Shown here: in pieces, positions 26,131 through 32,000 of the stretch
How the letters are laid out: every line of letters starts with the position of its first letter
Position numbering within the stretch: the first letter of the stretch is position 1
Source of the DNA: Ktedonobacterales bacterium
Lineage (GTDB): Bacteria; Chloroflexota; Ktedonobacteria; Ktedonobacterales; JADMIN01
DNA: 32,000 nucleotides
Reading direction: 5' to 3'
Assembly (NCBI GenBank): GCA_030167145.1
Contig: CP126532.1
Coordinates: 4,890,001 to 4,922,000, forward strand
Notes under the pieces: generated by a model
The model's database searches: none
What the model was told of the DNA's origin: nothing
The model's input: only the letters and a program-made list of their open reading frames with translations
Translations under genes and position numbers: made by a program

Positions 26131-26214
26131 GCACAGGCGCTCTCCGTACGCCTCAAAAGGACTCCCTTACCGAGACATCCCATCGCCTGGCCTCGTGCCA
26201 GATCACGTGCGGCG

Positions 26215-26436
26215 CTATCCACCGCGATCTAGCATCCATACGCCAGTCGAGAGCCGCAAAAGGCACGCGGCAAATTCTGGCAGCGAAGCTGACAATATCC
26301 CATCAATGGCGCTCACGTCGTGTTCAGGTAAGCCATACTCGGCGAGCGTGTCCACCGGATCGGCTAGCAGTCGTGCGCGAAATGCCCGCTCGACGATGGC
26401 CCGCGCAAGGGCATGTTCCCAATCATCACGTGACAT
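26215..26436 (-). CDS. Small helical hypothetical protein (73 aa)
   Basis: ATG 26436 is preceded by GGAAGGG. The sequence is MSRDDWEHALARAIVERAFRARLLADPVDTLAEYGLPEHDVSAIDGI.... By eye it recalls LigA-subunit-like or NHLP-type helical small proteins, which is unverified. Confidence 0.4.
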   Translation of the reverse strand: MSRDDWEHALARAIVERAFRARLLADPVDTLAEYGLPEHDVSAIDGILSASLPEFAACLLRLSTGVWMLDRGG

Positions 26437-26515
26437 AGCGCCCTTCCAGCCCCCTGGTGCGTGCGATTCAGCGCCCCGAACCGGCATTTTCGCTCAGCAT
26501 GCATGCCCAAACGCG

Positions 26516-26719
26516 TCAGGGAATGGGCGGTCCTCCTCCTCCCATTTGAGCTATCACAGATGCCAGCACGTGGGTGCCTGTGGTGGCCAGCACCACCAGC
26601 AGCGCACCTCCAGCACCTATCAGCGCCGCGATGGCTTTCTCGCGGTAGCGTGCATGCCCGGCTTTCTCGGTCGAACGGACATCGGACTGGACCTCAACTG
26701 TGGTGGGTATCTGACGCAT
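26516..26719 (-). CDS. Small single-TM hypothetical protein (67 aa)
   Basis: ATG 26719 is preceded by GGAGGGGAG. The TM helix is AIAALIGAGGALLVVLATTGTHVLASVIA and the C-terminus is GGGGPPIP. It lies 79 nt upstream of the 73-aa gene on the same strand. Confidence 0.4.
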   Translation of the reverse strand: MRQIPTTVEVQSDVRSTEKAGHARYREKAIAALIGAGGALLVVLATTGTHVLASVIAQMGGGGPPIP

Positions 26720-26892
26720 GCTCGCGCTCCCCTCCAGCGCCACCCGGCCACCGGACGCTACCGTTCTGCATCTTTCAGCGGGTCAGTATGTTTGTGGTCG
26801 CGTGTCACTGGAAGACAGAGTACGCAATCCACCGTTGCCACAGCGTTAACACTTGAGCGCGCCAGGTACGCACCTGAGGGTGTCTGACGGCG

Positions 26893-26921
26893 TTGAACGC
26901 TGATATCGAGCGTGGTATACT
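26893..26921 (+). promoter_or_regulatory. Strong candidate extended -10 promoter upstream of the queD-like gene
   Basis: TTGAAC (26893-26898), a 17-nt spacer ending in TGG, then TATACT (26916-26921). Confidence 0.6.
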
Positions 26922-27052
26922 CTAAACGTTGCGGCTGATGTTGCCAGCTACCACTTCCCCCTCATCCCTCCGAGTCTGTGGTACCCGCGAGAGTGCGAAG
27001 GCGCCGGAAGCAGTATTCGTTTCGGCAAGCGTCAAGTTCTGTGGGGCGACGA

Positions 27053-27580
27053 ATGTCCTGGAAAATTGTGATCGAGCGCGGAAACCTCGGATTCAGCGCG
27101 GCGCACTTCATCACTATGCACGGCGGCTGCGAGCCGTTGCACGGCCACAACTACGGTGTGCAGGTCGAGATCTCTGGCGCCCTCACCGCCGACAGCTTCA
27201 TCTTCGACTTCATCACGCTCAAGAACATTGTACGTTCACTTTGTAAGGAGTGGGACCATTGTGTGCTGCTGCCACTACACAACCCACACCTGCGACTGGT
27301 TGAGCGGCAAGACGCCTGGGAAGTGGAGTACGATGCGCGCAACCATTATGTGTTAGCGAAGGTTGCGGTAACGATGCTTGAGGTGGATAATGTGACGACC
27401 GAACGCTTGGCCGAGTTGCTTGCGCGGCGCATCGCGGTGGCATTGCGCAGCCATGAGGACACGGGCATGGTAAAGCGCATCACCGTCGGTATCCAGGAAA
27501 CTGAGATGCAGACCGCATTCTTTTCGCTTGATTTTCGCGAGGCGAGCGGCGACTTGGCCAAAATGGACCAAAAGACCTAG
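27053..27580 (+). CDS. 6-pyruvoyl-tetrahydropterin / 6-carboxytetrahydropterin synthase family protein (QueD/PTPS-like)
   Basis: FSAAHFITMHGGCEPLHGHNYGVQVEISG contains the Cys-x3-His-x-His Zn/catalytic signature. At 175 aa from ATG 27053 it is longer than a minimal QueD. Confidence 0.75.
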   Translation: MSWKIVIERGNLGFSAAHFITMHGGCEPLHGHNYGVQVEISGALTADSFIFDFITLKNIVRSLCKEWDHCVLLPLHNPHLRLVERQDAWEVEYDARNHYVLAKVAVTMLEVDNVTTERLAELLARRIAVALRSHEDTGMVKRITVGIQETEMQTAFFSLDFREASGDLAKMDQKT

Positions 27581-27830
27581 TTCCTATGTCACGAACCAAT
27601 GCCGCTGTTGTGCGTTGTTCTCTAGTAGCGGATGCTTGAAAGGGGTTGGCGCTCCTTTTGGCACTAATATTTCATCACAACCGATATACCGGCGCGCAAA
27701 GCTGTTAGTGGCTATGTGCGCGCCCTAGCGAGGCTCAATGTCTGTAGCCTCATTTACAGCCGTTGCCGGCTGGGAGCAATGGTGCTCCACCCAGGCCAGC
27801 GCTGGCGTCAATTCAGGAGGATGTACTTCC

Positions 27831-29093
27831 GTGGCAATCAAAGAACCTGAGGTGCTCAATCCGTTTGAGGTAGCAGTCGCGCAATTCGATGTCGCCGCAG
27901 ACCGCCTTAAGTTGGGGCAAGACCTGCGCGCGATTCTGCGCATGCCTAAACGCGAGGTGTCCGTTAATTTCCCCGTGAAGATGGACGATGGCAGTGTCAG
28001 GATGTTTACCGGCTACCGGGTCCAGCACAATGTTCACCGTGGCCCATCGAAGGGTGGTATCCGCTACGACCTGCATGTGTCGCTCGATGAAGTGCGCGCA
28101 CTGGCGATGTGGATGACCTGGAAGTGCGCCGTCGTGAACATTCCCTTTGGCGGAGCCAAGGGAGGGGTGATTGTAGACCCGCACGATCTCACGATTGGTG
28201 AGCTTGAGCGCATGACTCGCCGCTACGCCACGGAGATTGCCAGCGTCATCGGTCCCGAAAGCGACATTCCCGCGCCCGACGTGAATACCAATCCTCAGGT
28301 GATGGCCTGGATCATGGATACCTACTCCATGCACCACGGCTATTCGATTCCCGCCGTCGTCACCGGCAAGCCCCTCGCCGTTGGTGGCAGCGAAGGCCGT
28401 ATGGAGGCCACAGGACGTGGCGTGGCGATTACCACGCGCGAAGCCTGCCATGCGCTCGGCATGCCGTTCGAGGGCGCGCGTGTCGTGATCCAGGGCTTCG
28501 GCAATGTCGGCTCCATCTCCGCACGCATATTACACGAGATGGGCTGCAAGATCATCGGCCTCAGCGATATCTTTGGCGCTGTCTATAACGAAAGCGGCAT
28601 TGATGTGAACCTCGCTCTGGCGCATCTGAAGGATCACGGTAGGCTCAGCGGGCTGTCCGGCACCACCCCAATAGATGGCAATGATCTGCTGGAACTTCCG
28701 TGCGACATCCTGATCCCCGCTGCGCTGGAAGGGCAGCTTACCCAGGCCAATGCCGACCGCATCCAGGCCAAACTCATCGTCGAAGCGGCCAACGGTCCGA
28801 CGACTACCGAAGCCGACGAGATCTTCCACGAGCGTGGCATTCCCGTTGTACCCGATATTCTTGCTAATGCCGGTGGAGTGACGGTCAGTTATTTTGAGTG
28901 GGCGCAGAATCTGCAACACCTCTCCTGGGCGGAGAGCGAGGTCAACGCCCGCCTGGAACAGATCATGGTGCGCAGCTTCAACGCCGTAAATGATATACGC
29001 AAAGAGAAGGCGTGCGATTTCCGTCTCGGCGCGTACCTGCTCTCGGTGAGCCGTGTCGCCGAAGCGGCTAAGGTGCGCGGCATCTATCCGTAG
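27831..29093 (+). CDS. gdhA: Glutamate dehydrogenase (Glu/Leu/Phe/Val dehydrogenase family)
   Basis: RGPSKGGIRYDLHVSLDEVRALAMWMTWKCAVVNIPFGGAKGGV and the NAD(P) motif IQGFGNVG are present. GTG 27831 lies 10 nt after AGGAGG (27815-27820) and gives a canonical-length protein. The longest ORF starts at ATG 27738. Confidence 0.9.
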   Translation: MAIKEPEVLNPFEVAVAQFDVAADRLKLGQDLRAILRMPKREVSVNFPVKMDDGSVRMFTGYRVQHNVHRGPSKGGIRYDLHVSLDEVRALAMWMTWKCAVVNIPFGGAKGGVIVDPHDLTIGELERMTRRYATEIASVIGPESDIPAPDVNTNPQVMAWIMDTYSMHHGYSIPAVVTGKPLAVGGSEGRMEATGRGVAITTREACHALGMPFEGARVVIQGFGNVGSISARILHEMGCKIIGLSDIFGAVYNESGIDVNLALAHLKDHGRLSGLSGTTPIDGNDLLELPCDILIPAALEGQLTQANADRIQAKLIVEAANGPTTTEADEIFHERGIPVVPDILANAGGVTVSYFEWAQNLQHLSWAESEVNARLEQIMVRSFNAVNDIRKEKACDFRLGAYLLSVSRVAEAAKVRGIYP

Positions 29094-29127
29094 ACGCTGC
29101 CGCTGGGCGCATATAGTCCGCAACAGA

Positions 29128-29159
29128 AATTGGCGCTCCCGATGAAGGGAGCGCCAATT
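29128..29159 (+). terminator. Intrinsic terminator-like hairpin after gdh
   Basis: A perfect 13-bp stem AATTGGCGCTCCC-GATGAA-GGGAGCGCCAATT is followed by CTTCTACATATTT. Confidence 0.6.
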
Positions 29160-29228
29160 CTTCTACATATTTCACTGTACACGCAATTCAGATTCATGAG
29201 GGCATGGGCGGAAGGCGTGGGGCGAGGA

Positions 29229-29795
29229 ATGGAAACTGCCGCAGGGTCTCACAACGCTATGTCAGCGTCGCAGCGACTAAAGGGTATTCGCACTGCTATG
29301 GCCTATGGACTTATGGGCGGTATAGCCGCAAGTTTGATTGGCATGGCGCAACTTGCGAAAAGCGTCCGAGATTTTTTGGCTCGTCAGGCCTACTATGAAG
29401 CCGTGTGGGCGAAGTATCCGAATAGTTACCATGATGCGACGAATCTGGTGCGCGGGGGAGAGTGGAGCTTTCTTGGCACTGGTTTGGTTGGATTTGGCGC
29501 TACACTGCTTCTCTATTTCATCACGTCAATGTTCGTGGCGAAAATCATGCATGGCCAGCATCAGGCGGTTATGGCCGCGATCCTCGCATGGCTTATAAGC
29601 TCAATATTCTATATGGCTGGGAGTGGTGTACTCGCATCACAAGGGCTACATCCATTCGCGATTTACGACACAAATTCGGTCGCCAATATCACCAGCATGA
29701 ATATGGCGTGTCTCATAGCCGCTTGTACGCCAGTTGTCCTCGTGAGCCTTCTGGGCGCAAGGACTGGACTCTGGCTGAGACAGTGGCGAGAATGA
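29229..29795 (+). CDS. Hypothetical integral membrane protein
   Basis: It has about five hydrophobic helices. The longest ORF (from 29130) begins inside the gdh terminator hairpin, so an internal start (29196, 29229 or 29259) is more likely. It is less GC-rich than its neighbours. Confidence 0.5.
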   Translation: METAAGSHNAMSASQRLKGIRTAMAYGLMGGIAASLIGMAQLAKSVRDFLARQAYYEAVWAKYPNSYHDATNLVRGGEWSFLGTGLVGFGATLLLYFITSMFVAKIMHGQHQAVMAAILAWLISSIFYMAGSGVLASQGLHPFAIYDTNSVANITSMNMACLIAACTPVVLVSLLGARTGLWLRQWRE

Positions 29796-29804
29796 GGAAT
29801 GCTC

Positions 29805-31079
29805 TTATAGCACCGCGAGCATGGGGCGGATGTCGAAGCGCAGTTTGGCGTGGGCGGAGCGGAGAGCGGCTTCGGCGGTGGCGGGGTCTGCGGCGCGGGC
29901 GAAGATGAAGCCCAGGTAGCTGCTGCCCTCTGGCAGGGCGAGGATGGGATTGTTGAGCTTGGCGCTGATCTCTATACCTTCGATATGGGGCACGGCGCGG
30001 GCCTCGTCTTCGCCGTGGACCGCCTTGAGCAGGCCGCTCTTGGGGATAGGAATCATCATCACACCTGCCGCCTGCCCCGTGCGGTCGAACGAGGGGATGG
30101 CGAAGTTGAGCGCGTGACGCAGGATGATCTCTTCCAGGCACATACCAGAGCCGAATTCGAGGATGGTGGAGCAGAGGCCGCCGATGGAGCGCCCAGCTAT
30201 CTCCAGCATCCACGGGCCGCGCGCGTTGACGCGCAACTCCGCATGCACGGGGCCGTCGCGCAGGCCAATGGCTGCCGCTGCCCGTGCCGCGCAGTCCGCG
30301 ATGGCTTGCTGGGTGGCATGGGAGAGGCGCGAGGGCGTGACGTAGATCGTCTCCTCGAAGAATGGACCGTCGAGCGGGTCGGGCTTGTCGAAGAGCGCGA
30401 GCACGTGCAGCGCGCCGTCGGTGAGCAGCCCTTCGAGCGCAACCTCGCCGCCAGGGATGAAGTCTTCGACCAGGATGTCGGTGGTCTCCGGTGGGTAGCC
30501 ATCGCTAAGCAGAATGCGCTTCAGCCGCGCGAACGCAACAGCGAAATCAGCGGGGGTATCGGCGCGAATCACGCCGCGACTGCCGGAGAGCCGCAGCGGC
30601 TTGACGACGCAGGGATATCCAACTTGCTCGGCAATCTCATGGAGGTCAGACATGAGTGGGAAGCGGCGAAAGACCGGCGAAGATACGCCATGCTCGGCGA
30701 AGAGCGCGCGCATGCTGCCCTTGTCGCGCGCAGCCTCGGCGGCGGCGATGGGATTATGCGGCAGACCAAGCGCGGCGGCGGCGCGGGTGGCGAGAATGGT
30801 GGCGCTGTCGTCCACGGCGACAATGGCGTCCACGGGATGCGCAGCGGCGTAGGCGACGATGCGGGGGAGCGCGGCATCAACGTCGGTGAAGTCTACCGCC
30901 AGCGGGACATCCCACCATTCGTCGAGACCGGCGGGCACGTCAATGCACTTGACGACCTCCACATCCAGATGCGCCGCCGCTTCGAGGAATGCGCCCGCCC
31001 GATAGGTGTTGGGCGAGAGCAGCAACAACAACCGCTTGCGCCGCGCTTCTATGTTGCTCATGGGTTTATGCTCCGGCAC
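29805..31079 (-). CDS. ATP-grasp domain protein (carboxylate-amine / L-amino-acid ligase-like)
   Basis: 424 aa. The layout is a pre-ATP-grasp region, then YPCVVKPLRLSGSRGVIRA, EDFIPGGEVALEGL, ...HAELRV...GPWMLEIAGR. This is typical of ATP-grasp_4/LAL-type enzymes. The substrate is not inferable. Confidence 0.75.
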   Translation of the reverse strand: MPEHKPMSNIEARRKRLLLLLSPNTYRAGAFLEAAAHLDVEVVKCIDVPAGLDEWWDVPLAVDFTDVDAALPRIVAYAAAHPVDAIVAVDDSATILATRAAAALGLPHNPIAAAEAARDKGSMRALFAEHGVSSPVFRRFPLMSDLHEIAEQVGYPCVVKPLRLSGSRGVIRADTPADFAVAFARLKRILLSDGYPPETTDILVEDFIPGGEVALEGLLTDGALHVLALFDKPDPLDGPFFEETIYVTPSRLSHATQQAIADCAARAAAAIGLRDGPVHAELRVNARGPWMLEIAGRSIGGLCSTILEFGSGMCLEEIILRHALNFAIPSFDRTGQAAGVMMIPIPKSGLLKAVHGEDEARAVPHIEGIEISAKLNNPILALPEGSSYLGFIFARAADPATAEAALRSAHAKLRFDIRPMLAVL

Positions 31080-31085
31080 GCCGTC

Positions 31086-31865
31086 CTATGACTGATTCAC
31101 CTGGCCACATAATACGTTATCTGCGGCAAAGGTTAGCGAGAGCCACCACGTCTTGGCGTCCAGCGCCTTGAAGGCGGTAGCGTGGTTCTGGTTGACGCTG
31201 CCGCTGGCCACAACGGGACCAGAGCAGTTGCCGGTGTGGACCGCCCAACTGGTGGGCTGGGCGCTGGCGAGGCCGGGGCCGCTGAACGTGATGTGGGTGG
31301 CGAGTATGGGGTCTTGCAGCGCGTTGCCGATGGCGATGCTATTGTTCGCTGGCGGATAAAGATCGAAATATTGCCGCCGTTCGGAGAGCGGGCTGCCGCA
31401 CGCGGCCACGGGCGCGTTGGGGTCATTGGCCTGCGATTGTACAGTGATGTACCACTGCGCGCCAGGGGCGACATCCACATCCGTGCCGCCTGCGGGGTCC
31501 GGCGCGGTCGTCACAGCGTTGACTTCGGAGTTGACCGGCTTGACGCCTGGAGTAGTGCTTGCGCCAACTGGCGCGTTGCCATCGGAGAGCGGGGCGACGA
31601 CGGGGCCAAAGCAACTGCCCTGGCGCAACTGCGCGGGGGTCTGCGTGCCGGTCAGTGGCAGAGGTTGGCCCTTGAAGTAAACCGCGACGTGCGTCGCGTA
31701 GGCAGGCGTGAGACTGGCGGTGATGGTGACACCTGGATCTGCGGCGTTTGTCAGGGTGGCGCGCGCAGATTTGCCCAGCGGTGGGGCATAGCCTTGCGTA
31801 CCACAGGCGGTCAGCATCAGCGCAAGGCAGACAGCACCGAAAAGAGTATAAGAACGCAATCGCAT
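31086..31865 (-). CDS. Lipoprotein with an internally duplicated domain (CHRD-like by eye)
   Basis: The start at ATG 31865 gives MRLRSYTLFGAVCLALMLTAC with the lipobox LTAC. The two halves share ATH[VI], Q/TG.C.GPVVA and W[YW]..[VL]...CG motifs. It ends 6 nt before the ATP-grasp start. Confidence 0.6.
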   Translation of the reverse strand: MRLRSYTLFGAVCLALMLTACGTQGYAPPLGKSARATLTNAADPGVTITASLTPAYATHVAVYFKGQPLPLTGTQTPAQLRQGSCFGPVVAPLSDGNAPVGASTTPGVKPVNSEVNAVTTAPDPAGGTDVDVAPGAQWYITVQSQANDPNAPVAACGSPLSERRQYFDLYPPANNSIAIGNALQDPILATHITFSGPGLASAQPTSWAVHTGNCSGPVVASGSVNQNHATAFKALDAKTWWLSLTFAADNVLCGQVNQS

Positions 31866-32000
31866 AGAACGGTGTTCCTCGAAATCAGGTTGCTTGTGTC
31901 GCGCGTTACCCTGCTGCTGTTGGTTCCGGCGCTGGGGCCAGAGTGCATACGGCAGCGGCCAGCGCCGCGGCGTCACGCGCGAAGACGACGCGGCCGGGCG

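Noticed and set aside
26922-27052. preQ1 riboswitch in the queD-like leader
   Set aside because: I could not find the conserved small hairpin followed by the A-rich tail (…AAAAAACUA-like) of preQ1-I, nor any obvious pseudoknot. Only weak generic stems are present. It is kept only as an open question in the findings.

Overview
High-GC bacterial chromosomal window, mostly housekeeping genes in alternating strand blocks. The lineage cannot be determined from sequence alone; the gene style is compatible with Chloroflexota or another high-GC terrestrial group, which is inference only. Contents, left to right:
- A 2-oxo acid dehydrogenase operon (E1-alpha partial, E1-beta, E2).
- An unusual repeat-laden locus at about 3.0-4.75 kb, encoding an HTH protein.
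- A cell-envelope block on the minus strand: uppP, mltG, ruvX and an APH-like kinase-fold gene.
- A 973-aa TPR protein.
- selB followed by tRNA-Asp(GUC).
- A secreted six-repeat (propeller-like) protein and a MIP/aquaporin channel.
- An NAD-salvage pair (nrtR-like plus pncA), then upp.
- A marR plus zinc-ribbon membrane protein pair.
- An LCP-family protein and hemL.
- Two tiny minus-strand genes.
- A queD/PTPS-like gene, glutamate dehydrogenase and a membrane protein.
- An ATP-grasp ligase preceded by a lipoprotein with an internal domain duplication.

No cas genes, integrase, transposase, toxin-antitoxin pair or recognisable defence system is visible.

The most unusual signal lies between the E2 stop (3010) and uppP. 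A 24-nt sequence is perfectly conserved in five copies, with a sixth diverged copy. A second repeat family of about 50 nt is interleaved with it. Both sit in constant reading frame inside an SD-preceded ORF that is preceded by a near-consensus promoter. That ORF has no stop of its own and runs antisense into E2. More copies of the second repeat lie upstream of the promoter. Several long ORFs in the six-frame track are antisense shadows of real genes and are not called.
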